DNA from: Tubulanus polymorphus
Taxonomy: Eukaryota > Animalia > Nemertea
NCBI RefSeq assembly: GCF_964204645.1
Contig: NC_134030.1
Location: 16,678,110-16,742,109 of the forward strand
Length of the DNA stretch: 64,000 nt
Reading direction: 5' to 3'
Part shown: positions 48,406 to 61,401 of the stretch, piece by piece
Layout: each line of letters opens with the position of its first letter
How positions within the stretch are numbered: the first letter of the stretch is position 1
Translations under genes and position numbers: made by a program
Notes under the pieces: model-generated
What the model was told of the DNA's origin: nothing
The model's input: the letters and a program-made list of their open reading frames with translations, nothing else
Database searches by the model: none

Positions 48406-51400
48406 ATGGAAGCAAATAAGTACTACTGCCCAACATGTAATATCAATATAGATAAATCCCAAAAAGCAAGACACAATAAAACTAAAACACATTTATAGAA
48501 TAAATTGAAACTAGAATATAAAGATGATATATGAGAAACTAAATTAGATGAATTAAAGAATGAAAAAGAAACATACAAATGTGATACATGTAATCAATCA
48601 TTCAGTGATAAAAGATATTATAATGAACATTTAAAATCTAAAAGTCATATTAGAAATAAGAATAATGATATTTTAGGTGAAGATTATTTTGATAAAGATA
48701 ATGATAAGAAACAGAAGACAATTAAAAGCATAAAAAATAAATTAAACAATAAAAGACCATACATGGAAGATGTAAGAAAATATATTTATTCATTGGATAA
48801 TAAAAAAGATATAGAGATAACCGAAGCATTTAAAAGTGATATTGGTCCAGCAGCTATCGTGTTTAAATTTCATAAAGGAAAAACATTAGAAGAAAATAAA
48901 AAACATTTAGAAAATATGAAAGAAATAATAAAAATAATAACTGATGTTGAATATCCTAAAATAAGTGTTTCATCAAAAGTTAAATTTATAAAATCTGAAG
49001 ATAAACCAATATATAATATAAATTCTCATTCACGACATATTATATATAAACAACATATAGATGATAAATTAGATAAATGTTATAATGAAGTAAAAACTAA
49101 AATAGAAGAGAAATATTTTGAAGGATCTGGTTTAATATTTGATGAAATAATATTTACGACTTTACATGTTTATAACACAAAATATGATAAGTTAACTAAA
49201 TCGAAACCAATTGATGAAAATAATGTATCATATTATATAGAACCAGATATTGAAGCATCGAGTTATATTAAACTACCATTTAAAACTAATGCTGTTATAA
49301 ATGTACAAAATGAAGATGATAAATGTTTTCTATGGGCTATAATAAGTTGTTTTCACCCAGTTGAAGACTATAAACAACATAGTTTTAGATTAACTCATTA
49401 TAAACAATTTGAAAATAATTATAAGATAGATAAGTATCCTGTTATAATTAAAAACATCCCAAAAATAGAAAGAGATAATAATATAAAGATAAATGTATTT
49501 GATTTAATCAAATTGCCAAATACAAAATGTAACAATATAAAACATTATACATTAGAGCCTTTATACCTATCAAAAGATTATGATTCAAATGATGTTATAG
49601 ATATACTATATTATGAGAATCATTATATGTGGATTAAACAAATCGATTTATTTTTTAAATCAGAAAATGATCACCATAAAATATATCTTTGTAGAAAATG
49701 TTTACATAGATTCAGTAATGGAAGTACATTATTAAATCATAAACAATTATGTGAAAATCATGAATATTGTAAATTAGTTTTACCAAATGAAAAGGATAAA
49801 ATATAAGAATTCAAAAAATATGAATACAAAAATAAAGTACCATTTGTAATATATGGAGATTTTGAATCATTAAATAAAGAATTAACTGATCAAGATAGAA
49901 AAGAAATATATTATAAAAGAAATAGAGAAATTAAATTCTAATGAAAATGATTTTTCAGATGAACCACCAAAAACAAATACTATTAAAAAGATTCATCAAT
50001 CAGCTGCTGCTTTCGGGTTATATATATAAAATCTGATTATCCAGAACTAATTAAAAGTGAATATTATCATCATAGAAATTAAAATGTTATCAATCATTTT
50101 TGTGACTTATTAATTGAATATGAAATAAGATTTAGTAAATTATTGAATACATATATAGAAATTATAATGACAGAAGAAGATAAAGAAGAATTTGCGTTTG
50201 CAGATAAATGTTATTATTGTGAAAAGATATTTAATTTTAGAGATAAAAAAGTAAGAGACCATGATCATTTGAACGGAAAGTTTAGAGGTGCTGCACATGA
50301 GAATTGTAACTTACAAGCTAAGAAAATTAACTTTGTACCAGTTATATTTCATAATCTATCAGGATATGATGCACATTTATTCATCAAACAGTTATGTCAT
50401 AAAATAGAAGAAATTAATAATGAAATAGAAAGATTAAATTCAAATAGATCAAAAGATAAAATACCAACTTATAAATTTAGAATGTTAGCTAAAACATCTG
50501 AGCATTATATATCATTCCAATTTGGTTGCCTAAGATTTATAGATTCATATAGATTTTTAAATAGTTCATTAGATAACTTATCAAAATCATTAGTTGATGA
50601 TGAATTAAAGATATTAAAAGAACACTACCCAAATAATGATGATTTTCAATTAATGAGATATAAAGGAGCAATTCCATATTCATTTTATAAATCACATTAT
50701 GATTTCAATATAACTGAATTATTAAAAGAACAATTTTATGATGAATTAAAAAATGAATATGTTAAAGATGAAGTATGTAATAGAACATTGAATATTTGGA
50801 ATCATTTCAAAATAGAAAATCATGGACAATTAGTAGATTTATATCTAAAATCAGATGTATTATTATTAACCGATATATTCGAAAGGTTTAGAGATGTAAA
50901 CCTAAAATATTTTAACATTGATCCTTGTCATTGTTATTCATCACCAGATTTAACATGGGATTGTGGATTAAAATTTACAGATATAAAAATGGATTTGTTA
51001 ACAGATATAGATCAATTACTATTATTTGAAAAATCTATAACAGGAGGAGTTTCAGGTGTATTAGGTGATAGATATTTCAATGTAAATGATAACCCTGGAT
51101 ATAAGTTATTATATATAGATGCAAATAATTTGTATGGTTGGGCAATGATGGAACCACAACCTTATGGAGTATTTGAATTAACTGAAGTTTTACAGAATGA
51201 AAATAATGATAAATTTGATTGGAAGAAAAGAATTCTAGATATTGCAGATGATTCAGATACTGGTTACTTCTTTGTTGTAGATTTAGAATATCATGAACAT
51301 ATTAAATTTAAATCTAGAAATCTAGCATACTGTCCAGAACATAAAACTGTAACTCATGAAGAATTATCAAATTACCAAAAAAGAATTAAACCTGAAAATC

Positions 51401-52452
51401 ATATTCATACAGAAAAGTTAATGGTAACTCAAGAAGTTAAATATAATTATATAGTACATTATAGAATGTTAAAGTTTTATCTAAAACAAGGAATGGTCCT
51501 AAAAAAAGTACATAGATATATTTCATTTAGTCAATCTAAGTGGTTAGAAAAATATATAGATTTTAACACCAAACAGAGAACTAAAGCTAAAACTGATTTT
51601 GAGAAAGATTTCTTCAAACTAATGAATAATGCATTCTATGGCAAGACTTGTGAAAATATTAGAAATAGAAATGATATTGAGTTAGTTAGTAATGGTAAAA
51701 GGATAAGGCATTTACAATCATATCCTAAGTTTTTAGGTAACAGAATATTTGATGAAAATTTAGCTGCAGTTAAGATGAGAAGAACATCAATGAAATTTAA
51801 TAAACCAATCTATGATGGAGCATCAGTTTTAGAATTATCAAAATTACTAATGTATGAATTCTATTATAATGTATTACAACCACTTTTTGGAGAAAAACAT
51901 ATAGAAATACTATATTTTGATACAGATTCTTACATATTAAAGATAAAAACTGATAACATAACTGATGATTTAAAAACATTAAAACATCATTTTGATTTCA
52001 GTAATTATCCTAAAGATCATGAATTGTTTAGCAATGCTAATAAAAAAGTTCCCGGTAAATTCAAAGATGAATTAGGCGGTGAAGAAATGATAGAGTTCAT
52101 AGGTATTAGATCTAAAATGTATTCATATAAAACTAAAGAACATGAAGCTAAAAAGTTAAAAGGAATAACCAAAAGTGTAGTAGAAAAGAATATTCATTTC
52201 AAAGATTACATCAATTGTATATTCAATGAAGAAGTTAGAAAACATAAGATGAAATGTTTAAGATCTGAAGATCATGAAATGTTTATTGAAGAAATTGAAA
52301 AGGTTAGTTTGAATCCATTTGATGATAAAAGGTATATTTTAGATGATGGAATTCATACAGTTGCTTATGGTTGTAATTTAGATGAATACTTAAAATTTAA
52401 AAGAGAAGAAACAAAAGAGAACGAGATAATGAAAAGAATTCTAACGTGTTAA
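48406..52452 (+). pseudogene. polB: Protein-primed family B DNA polymerase with N-terminal C2H2 fingers and an inserted EndoVII-like domain; several stops and frameshifts
   Basis: ATG 48406 is in frame with 48763; DDKCFLWAI; VIYGDFE (ExoI, after the stop at 49806); RDHDHLNGKFRGAAHENCN; FHNLSGYD; YIDANNLYG; KLMNNAFYGKT; YFDTDS. Confidence 0.95.
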
Positions 52453-52483
52453 TCAAATTTTAATAAAAATATGTATTATAAAT

Positions 52484-55400
52484 CGGTTCCTGAACTTCGC
52501 TGAAAAAGCTGAAACACTGAAAAGCTGAAACGCTGAAATAAAAACGCTGAAATTTCAGGGAATTTCCGAAAAACGCCGAAATTTCAGGGAATTCCCGAAA
52601 AACGCTGAAATCGTGCTAGGTACCGACAATACACGTTTTGAAATTCTTTCCGGGCCGGTGTCCGCTGCCGAGTCCTGAACCGTCTTTTAGACTCTATCTT
52701 CGGTTACAGAGACATGCCTTGAGGTCGTCGTCATGTTCGACTTGATCGATTGCGGATTGCGTGGATTGTTAGATGTTTTTTGTTTTATGCGCATATACCG
52801 GTACGATCTAACAATGAAATTATCACTTCATTTGAATAAATTCTTAATTACAGTAATATTAATTCTCAATATTTTTTCTTATATTTGGTGATTTCTTCCA
52901 ACTTATCATTGCCAAGTCTCATACAAAAGTAGTAGCTGAATGAAAGTATAGTTAGTTACCTAATCGTTGGTGGTAAGCTTTTTATAATCGGATGGGCTTA
53001 TACCAACGTTAGGGATGACAAGGACCAAAACACGGTTGAAAAAAGTAACACTTCAAAAATATACTTTCTATTCACTTCAGTCCACAATTAATGGCTTAAT
53101 TCACAAACTAACACAGGTACCTTTCGAAATAATCCAATTTTATGTATGTTTCGAGTGATTAATCAACATTATTTTGAGAAATTAATTAATTTCTCCACAA
53201 ATTTCGCCATTGGCCGCCATTTCTCTGTATTGCACATGTGGCATGATAAGACAAGGGGACCTACAAGGATTTATATAAAACTTCCAAGACGAAACGACAT
53301 TTTTTATTTTTGATGGTTTTCCAGCTTATATTTCAAATCTTCGTGTTTTCCATAATAAATACAGAAATAATAAATTCTGGTAAAAGAAAAATGTGAATTA
53401 GTGTTGATTTCTTAATTTTTTTCAATTTCGTCGTTTCGCTTTGTTAGTTTGTGCTGTTGTCCTGGCCTCAGTCCACAGGTGCCAGCACCTCCAGTAATTT
53501 AAAAAATGGCAGCTGTTGACTCTACGGAAATTTGCTCTCACTTTACGGCCGATTTGCAGATGGATTAAGATCGTCAGGTGAGGTGTTATAGGTATCAGAC
53601 AAACTACGAATCTGTTGTGTGTCGATTACAACAAAAATTAGACGGATATCTTAAGAGACAATGAAATGCCAGGCAAATTACTCGTCAGTCAAATTGGCTG
53701 ACGAAGATTTCATACAAAAATGACCTTCCCATTCCTGACTGTGGTTTGTGAAAATATCCGATCGTGAAACTAAACCGCAGACAGGTTACTGACTAAATGA
53801 AAGTACAGCTAGTAAGGCTGAACCTGATAACCCAAATTAAGTGCTATCATGGAACTTATGACTACTTTGATTCTATTTTGGTGTGAATAAAGGTTCAACC
53901 GTCATAGTATACTGTACTTGGCATTACTACGATTGGGTGCCATATTTCTACAATCTCTTCAAGGAAGGAGTCTTGGAGTGTCTTTCGTTCCCAGGTAGGC
54001 ATCCTCGCTTGCCAGGAGACCAGTATCGCTCCCAAACTCGCTTCCACCTGCCCCCTGGCCTCACGACGCGCGATTTCATTACCGGCGTTTTAGCGAATGA
54101 CGTCATATATCAACACGCGACAATACTTCCGTTTTCGCTGATTGGTCCATTTACCGGGAAATTTCATAGATGCCAAATGTCGTTTGTAACAACGCTGTGA
54201 TTGGCCCGACCTGATTCTGGTCGGCTAGTAACGACTCGAGGTCAAGCGGTTCGGAGAACAGCTTTTAGTGTAGTGGGTTCGAATCCCTTGACAGGTGAAG
54301 ATGCCGGGTAGGGTACGGGGTAAAACCTGGTTTACTTTCTCTGTCTACTTGCTGGAGACTACTATCTGCAATGTATTGCAAGTTTTTATTTGTCTGGCTT
54401 ATGAGAGTCGAACAACGTTACAACGTTTTCCCATACACAGGCTTGGCTTTAGTACTAGATGAAGGCTAGGCACTGCACATTGTGGATTGACTGGAACTCT
54501 AAACTCACAAAATTAAACGAGTCAACAAGAAAGATCCAATAATTTGACGTTTGTCTAATTATATTATTTAACAGCTTAAAATAATACTTAACACATTATA
54601 AGAATACACAAAAGAAATCAGTTCTTACATTATATCAGAATCAATAGTTCGCTTAACTCGGGCTTGAATTCTGGTTCCATTGCTTTATATTCTAATGAAA
54701 TTCACTAGCATACCTTAGAATATTGCTTAGCTTAAGATAAAAAATTTGGTACCAGGAAAACGGGGAAGTAAAGTGGGTGTACTGTACATCCCCAATTGAC
54801 TTATTTCTCTCTGGTTGAATCAAGTTATTACTGAAATAGCATTCGAATAGCCATTTTGTTTTTAAAAATTGTGTCGTTCAGCTATCCTGCTGCAAATTTC
54901 GCAGTTCAAGTTAACTAGTGCCATCTGATTTCTCAGTATCTCAAATTTGCACATTCTTAGCCCGAGTCTAAAAATAGAAAAAAAGTGCATTTAAAGTAGG
55001 AAATAAAAGAATAGTGGCTAACACACTCTGGAGATATAGCCTATGGGGTGGGCCTAGTTTGAAAGCGCTGAGGTCCGAGGGAACAGCACTTAGTAAATAA
55101 ATACTGAAATCAAACTTACAAAACACCCAATACTTGAGATGATGTACTTGACAAGAAGTGTGTCCAGCTGAGCAAATCAACTTTATCTATGACTCCTCCT
55201 TTTATAGATACCGTAGTAGTCTAAAAATAAGAATCGGTACATTTTTCTAACAGTTGGTATGTCATTTTAAAAAAAAAAACAACCTATTAACACAGCAAAT
55301 AAATTACAGTTGTTGAATGGTTTGCCCGATTAAGATTAATTGGTTGACGCTAATTAGTATGACCTATAAGTAGGGGCCTACTGCATGTCATTGGCGTCAA

Positions 55401-55983
55401 TCCATTCCATTCCACGGTGAATTAAAAAGAAATTTAGTTAGATCCCTTTTGTCCAAAAGCTGCATCATTTATATAACTAGCTGTCAAATTTAATTTACCT
55501 CCTTCAGAGAATACCATAGTCCGTCGCCCATCAACGTGTTGACAAAAGAAAAGTTGCTTATAATCCTGTTTTATACATGGACGATAGAAGTAAACCATAT
55601 TCTTGGAATATTGAGCATAGTGTTTAAGTTGGCTTGCACGGTTTGTGAATGGGTTTTCCTCATCATGCTGCCTGTATGCATTAAAAATCCGGATTTCAAG
55701 CGAATTAATTTGTTCAACAAGTGGCCCTCTAGAAGTATACTCCACACATACTGCCCATGCATGTCTCTGTAACCGAAGGTGGAGACTAAAAGACGGTTCA
55801 GGACTCGGCAGCGAATACCGGCCCGGAAATTATTTCAAAACGTGTATTGTCGGTACCTAGCACGATTTCAGCGTTTTTCGGGAATTCCCTGAAATTTCGG
55901 CGTTTTTCGGAAATTCCCTGAAATTTCAGCGTTTTTTTTCAGCGTTTCAGTGTTTCAGCTTTTTCAGCGAAGTTCAGGAACCG
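52484..55983. mobile_element. Non-autonomous Mutator/MULE-like element, ~230-bp TIRs, 9-bp TSD ATTATAAAT
   Basis: TIRs 52484-52717 and 55759-55983 with internal GCTGAAA repeats; TSD at 52475-52483 and 55984-55992. Confidence 0.92.
54236..54340 (+). mobile_element. tRNA-derived SINE head (tentative)
   Basis: A-box-like GGTCAAGCGG and B-box GGTTCGAATCC; no cloverleaf. Confidence 0.45.
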
Positions 55984-55990
55984 ATTATAA

Positions 55991-56344
55991 ATGGATAGTA
56001 AACAAACACACAGTGAGAACAACAAATCATTTCTAGATAGAATAAAAGATACTTCAAATGTCAAATCAGTAGATTATAAATTCAAAAAGTTAAAAGAATT
56101 AATAATCCATAAGAAATATCTAATTACAAATATTGATACAGTTACTAACAAATATGAAGATAAATTAGTTATACACTTAGAATATGAAGGATTAAAAGGA
56201 AATACACATAAATTCAGAACATATTTACCAGATAGATTTCATAGATTATCAAGTGAAGATCTAGAAGAATTATGTTCTGGAGATTTCTATTTCGTATACA
56301 AAGGTAAGAATGAAAAAGGGCATCATGAAATAGATTTCGAATAA
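55991..56344 (+). CDS. Small Polinton protein, possibly OB-fold/ssDNA-binding
   Basis: FKKLKEL...Y.I...TNKY...YLPDRF...FVYKG pattern; the fold is an inference. Confidence 0.6.
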   Translation: MDSKQTHSENNKSFLDRIKDTSNVKSVDYKFKKLKELIIHKKYLITNIDTVTNKYEDKLVIHLEYEGLKGNTHKFRTYLPDRFHRLSSEDLEELCSGDFYFVYKGKNEKGHHEIDFE

Positions 56345-56361
56345 GAAAATACGTAAAATAA

Positions 56362-57120
56362 ATGGTAGAATTAAAAGAATACAGAATATTTGTAGATTCT
56401 AGAAAACTTACAAATTATAAATCTCATAATTTACTAGTTCAATTAGATAGAGAATTCAAGAATTGTGTAGATTTAAAATTAGTAAATATAAGTTTATGTA
56501 ATTCTTTTTACAATATATCGAATAAAACTATTGAAGATAATACTGTTTTAATTCATATGAGAAATGTAGATAAATGGTTTCATCTAATTTTAAAACCAGG
56601 ATTATATAATTTAGAAACATTAGCTCAAGAAATTAATAGAAGAGCACGGTTGAAAATTAGAAGAGATGATAAATTTTTAATTAGATTTATAAAAAGTGAT
56701 AGCACAAATAAAATTAAAATAAAGTTACATGATGAAAGTCAACATGCGTTTATGGTAAAAAAACCTATAGCTAAACTGTTAGGAATTGTACCAGATACCG
56801 TTACAGGAAACGTAGATGGAAATTCAAATATAATACCTTTTACAGACTTTTATATTTATTGCAATTTAATTGATCCTACAAAAACTTTCGAAGCAACTAA
56901 AGAAACAATTTGTAGTTCTAGTATACTAAATATTTTACCGCTAAAAAATGTTAAAGAATTTGGAACGCAAATAAATTATAATTTAGCTGAATGTGATTTT
57001 AAACCTTGCAATCCTAAATTTAATAATTTTAGATTAGAAATAAGAAATCATAATGGACATTTAATTGATTTGAATAACTTTCCTGTGATATATGAATTAG
57101 TTATAAGATGTAGAGAGTAA
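56362..57120 (+). CDS. Minor capsid (penton, single jelly-roll) protein
   Basis: LVNISLCNSFYNI...GLYNLETL...KLLGI...FYIYCNLID...LEIRNHNGHLIDLNNFPVIYELVI. Confidence 0.8.
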   Translation: MVELKEYRIFVDSRKLTNYKSHNLLVQLDREFKNCVDLKLVNISLCNSFYNISNKTIEDNTVLIHMRNVDKWFHLILKPGLYNLETLAQEINRRARLKIRRDDKFLIRFIKSDSTNKIKIKLHDESQHAFMVKKPIAKLLGIVPDTVTGNVDGNSNIIPFTDFYIYCNLIDPTKTFEATKETICSSSILNILPLKNVKEFGTQINYNLAECDFKPCNPKFNNFRLEIRNHNGHLIDLNNFPVIYELVIRCRE

Positions 57121-57137
57121 TTTTTTTCACTATATAA

Positions 57138-57494
57138 ATGAATATAACTGTTGGACCGAGTATATGTTTTGGGTTTGATTTTAAACGTGAGAAAGAAATG
57201 AAATTTAACGTTAATGATGTAATTACACATATTAAAAATATTGCATTTTCTAATGAAACAACATTTGAGTATGAAACAACAATAGATAATGAAACTTTAA
57301 ATGTAGAAAAGATTACTAATTTAATTAGAGAATCTTTAAGATTTTATGAATTAGATGAAGATTTTATTATAGATGATATTAAAAAAATAATAATTGAAAT
57401 ATATACAAATGAAACTAGTAATGAAATAAATGTTGAATTAATCGTAAATAAGTTAACTAAATATTTTGATGATAGTAATTTTTTTGATAAATAA
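57138..57494 (+). CDS. Polinton hypothetical acidic protein
   Basis: ORF with T-run plus TAAATG start. Confidence 0.65.
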   Translation: MNITVGPSICFGFDFKREKEMKFNVNDVITHIKNIAFSNETTFEYETTIDNETLNVEKITNLIRESLRFYELDEDFIIDDIKKIIIEIYTNETSNEINVELIVNKLTKYFDDSNFFDK

Positions 57495-57716
57495 ATGAGT
57501 GATAATAAGTGGATAATAACTGGATTATATAATGGAGCATTACTATCAGTTGGAACTGTTGGTTATTCAATGGTATTAAAAAAAGTATTCAAAATGGGAA
57601 GTGTTAATGTTGATAGATTTGATATAAATGATATTTTAAAATTAACATTAGCAGTTACTTTATCTAATTTAACTATTGATTATTTAGAAAAACAAAAATA
57701 TATTCCTCCCATATAA
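57495..57716 (+). CDS. Small hydrophobic Polinton protein
   Basis: ORF with TAAATG start; DYLEKQKYIP C-terminus. Confidence 0.7.
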   Translation: MSDNKWIITGLYNGALLSVGTVGYSMVLKKVFKMGSVNVDRFDINDILKLTLAVTLSNLTIDYLEKQKYIPPI

Positions 57717-57740
57717 ATGCATAATTATTTTACTAAATAA

Positions 57741-58163
57741 ATGGCTTCTGCAGTTATAACTTTTATAGGATGGGCAATTGTTAACGCTTTAGTATTTACT
57801 GGTGGCGGATATTTATTTAAACATATTGATAAAAATGGATCATTAACAGAACAAAAAAGACATAACTTAGCATTAGAGGAATACAATAAAGCAGCTGAAC
57901 AATATAGAGAAAAACGACAAAACTATATGGATTATATTAACAAGGAATTATATGATCAGAAGATTTCACATAGAGATTTTCAATCAGTTGATGATGCAAT
58001 GAGTTTATATAACGCGGTAACCAATAAAGAAAAATTACATCTACATAAACCTACAATATCAGATTATTATACCCCAAGTAATGAACAGAAGAAATATGAA
58101 GTAATTTGGATTTTAGGTGGAACTGTTATTGTTATATTTGTAGCATATAAATTTACTAATTAG
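57741..58163 (+). CDS. Polinton membrane/coiled-coil protein
   Basis: AIVNALVFTGGGYLF...EQKRHNLALE...C-terminal TM segment. Confidence 0.75.
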   Translation: MASAVITFIGWAIVNALVFTGGGYLFKHIDKNGSLTEQKRHNLALEEYNKAAEQYREKRQNYMDYINKELYDQKISHRDFQSVDDAMSLYNAVTNKEKLHLHKPTISDYYTPSNEQKKYEVIWILGGTVIVIFVAYKFTN

Positions 58164-58184
58164 TAATTTTTTTTTGCTAAATAA

Positions 58185-58604
58185 ATGGATGATAATATTG
58201 ATATTATTCCTCATGATATAAATAAAACTAAATTAAAAACATATTTAGAAAAACAAATATTAGAATTTGAAAATGATTTAAAAGTTAAAAAGAAAAAATA
58301 TTTAAAAAGTAAAATTATATATTATTTGATTATAAGTGGTTCGGTTACAATTAGTTCTGTAATAACATTTCTAGCAATATTCAGTCCATTAACACCTTTA
58401 GCTATATCAATTGGTGTATTAGGATTAAGTTCAAGTGTTTTAACCGGTATAAGTTCAAAATTAAATATAAAAAGTAATAAAGAAAAAATTAAAACTAATA
58501 TAAAAGAAATTAATAAATTAAAGAATACGCTAGATTATATAATAAGTTTAAATGGTCATATAACAGTTGAAGAACAAGATAAATTATTAAAAGAATTAGT
58601 ATAA
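58185..58604 (+). CDS. Two-TM coiled-coil Polinton protein
   Basis: Hydrophobic hairpin flanked by Lys-rich coils. Confidence 0.7.
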   Translation: MDDNIDIIPHDINKTKLKTYLEKQILEFENDLKVKKKKYLKSKIIYYLIISGSVTISSVITFLAIFSPLTPLAISIGVLGLSSSVLTGISSKLNIKSNKEKIKTNIKEINKLKNTLDYIISLNGHITVEEQDKLLKELV

Positions 58605-58741
58605 TATAATATAATAAATCAATTAAATATAATATTCCTGCAATAGATTTTAAGAAAAATATTACATATAGAAATGTAGTTTTAAATTCTTTAACTAATT
58701 TAGAAATTTATGTTACTGAATCACAGTTTTTTATTTCTAAA

Positions 58742-59881
58742 ATGGAAAATATATTTAATACATATGAAGTTACTTTTACTCGAGATGAATATCATATATA
58801 TAAAGTAAAATCTAATATGAAATATTGGCAGAATCAATTAAATTTTGCTGTTTATTGTGCAACAACAGGATGTGGAATTAGTTGGAATGATCATTTAAAT
58901 AACTTAGATAAAAATTTGAAGTATTCTGATTTAAAATTAATTCACACAATATTTAGATTTCACACATATTTTCAAATCAGAATAATATTAAATGAATTAG
59001 AATGTCCTTTACCCGGGTCTAAATATTTTAAAGAATTGGATAATAATATTAATCTATCTAAGTTTTATAAAATATGTAATGAATTTAATATAAATATTAA
59101 TTCCGATTTTAGAGCGCATGGTAAATTGCAAGGTGTTGGTGAAGAGTATGAAATAAAAAGAATTGATTATATGCATAGAATTTCAGCTTATCATAATTAT
59201 AAAATTGATAATAATAATGGTTGGGTTAATTTCATTTTAGAAAATAGTGAAGGTTTTACTAAAGCTGGAATACAAAGAATAAATCAATCTATTAGAACTT
59301 ATTTGATATGTATTTTAGGTGCGCAAGTTGAAACAAGATCCCCAATAATTGGAAATGATAACACTTCATTCGATGCACAGAAACAAGTCAAAGTATTATT
59401 CGAAGATTCAATTCATAATGATAAAAATAGATCGATTCCAGAAAACATTGTAAGATATCAAAATTATTTAGATAAATCGCATATTAGATTAAATTATTGT
59501 ATAGGCCCTAATCAATTAATTATTTCTAATGATTTAATATTAAAGATGGGAAACATAATTGGTTATAATAATCTAATTAAAACTGCAACAATAAATAATT
59601 CATTTGGATTGAATGATATAAATAAAAAGATTATTACTGCTCCAAAATTAATGGAAGGTGAAAAAAATAAAAAACATATTCAATCAACAGAAACTAAAAC
59701 TAATAATATTAAATTAAATAATGATTCTAAAATAAAAGATTACAATACTACGGAAAATATAAAAACTGATAATATTCAACATGAAATAATTAAACTAAAT
59801 GATGATAATAAATCCCATGAAAATACTAAATTAGCTTTAACTTGTATAGGAATTGTAATCGGAGGAATATTATATTTTTAA
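58742..59881 (+). CDS. Polinton protein with C-terminal TM segment (true start probably ~130 bp upstream, mutated)
   Basis: WQNQLNFAVYCATTGCGIS; GFTKAGIQRINQSIRTY...ILGAQ. Confidence 0.75.
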   Translation: MENIFNTYEVTFTRDEYHIYKVKSNMKYWQNQLNFAVYCATTGCGISWNDHLNNLDKNLKYSDLKLIHTIFRFHTYFQIRIILNELECPLPGSKYFKELDNNINLSKFYKICNEFNININSDFRAHGKLQGVGEEYEIKRIDYMHRISAYHNYKIDNNNGWVNFILENSEGFTKAGIQRINQSIRTYLICILGAQVETRSPIIGNDNTSFDAQKQVKVLFEDSIHNDKNRSIPENIVRYQNYLDKSHIRLNYCIGPNQLIISNDLILKMGNIIGYNNLIKTATINNSFGLNDINKKIITAPKLMEGEKNKKHIQSTETKTNNIKLNNDSKIKDYNTTENIKTDNIQHEIIKLNDDNKSHENTKLALTCIGIVIGGILYF

Positions 59882-59902
59882 TTTTAATTTTTTATTATGT
59901 AA

Positions 59903-61361
59903 ATGGCAGAAGGTGGAGAAAATTTTCCATTGGAAGGCATGGGAAATAATAATGAAGGATATATTGATGATGATTATAACGATGCAGAAACTAATATTGA
60001 TGATGGTAATGAATCAGCATATAATTCTAATTTAGCAGATAGTGGTTCTAAAGCCCCATCAACAGAGGAATATGATAGAAAAACTAGATCGAGAATAAAT
60101 CCTGAAAATGAAAATCCAGATTTAGTAAAACAAAATTTAGAATATAATGTATATATTTATAATTTCCAACCTGTATTTGAAAGATCTGGATATAATATAA
60201 ATGCCAGAGGCGCCAGACTTTTAGTAAAAGATTTAAAACTTTTAGATAATGGTGAATATTATTATCATTTGAAAGATGATTATTATATTGATATCTCTTA
60301 TAAAAAAGCAGTAAAAATATTTGCAAAATCAACTTTGCTTAGGTTAGACCTATCTAGAATTAAGAGAATAAGAAATAGTAATGAAATAGAAGATGTAACA
60401 CAAGAAGAAATGAATAAAAATGAAAGAGTATTTAAAAAAAGAATTAATAAATTATTTGAAACAATCAAAGATAATCCAGAAACAGAAACAACTTCTGAAC
60501 AGAATATAACTTCCAAAACTAGTAAACTTAAATCAAATAAAGTTCCAATTGAAAAACTTTTACCGAATGGATTAATTGATGCAACAGATCAAGAATTAGA
60601 AGATTTAGATATATTTTCTGATAAAGCAATTAGAGAAATTGAAAGTATAAGACATGCATCTGATCAAATTGCGCATGATAAAAGTATGAGATTTAAAAAT
60701 TAGAACTTTAGAAGATGAATTATTTAAATCAAGAAAAGAATCGGAACAACTAAAATTAGATAGAGATAATAAAGTTATTGAAGAAATCGAATTTAAAAAA
60801 AGAAATGCGTATTTAGAAAAAGAAAAGGATGATTTAGAATATAACATAGAATTACAAAAAGAAGAAATTAAATTATTGTTAAAATCATATGATTATAATA
60901 TAAATAGATTAAAAGTTATTTTTAAAGATTTGTTGATGAAACCAAATTCTGAAATATCATTGAAAGATAGAATAAAATTATTATTTAAATTAGAAGGAAT
61001 AACAATTATTTCAATTCTAACAGCTGTAACTATGTTATTTACAACAATTGGTTTAGCAATATCAAATGCTTTAAAATCTACTCCTACTCCCAATAAACCG
61101 GATAAACCCCCGAATGATAATAATTCTATACAAGATAAAGTTAAAGATGGTTTAAAGAAATTAGCAAAATATTAATGGGAACTATCTAAAAAATCTGCTG
61201 CAGCTTTACCAGGAGTTATTGCATCAATTGTTGGTTTTATATTGAAATCAGCAGGAAACATTATTTACTTTGCTGCTGAACATATTATTTTATTTTTAAT
61301 TACAGTTGTAAGTGCAATTATTTTTGGTTTAGTGAATATGATATCAAAAAATATCAAGTAA
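59903..61361 (+). pseudogene. Coiled-coil plus amphipathic/TM helical Polinton protein, one frameshift and at least one stop
   Basis: 59903-60703, 60876-61175 and the in-frame continuation WELSKKSAAALPGVIASIVGFIL...; EGITIISILTA motif. Confidence 0.75.
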
Positions 61362-61401
61362 ACATGATAAAAAATAAATAATTAATTTTTTTGTTAAATA
61401 A

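Noticed and set aside
54236-54300. tRNA gene
   Set aside because: B-box present but no acceptor stem or cloverleaf; treated as a SINE head
55434-55745. Transposase of the Mutator-like element
   Set aside because: No DDE or zinc-finger motif recognisable; short ORF of unknown status
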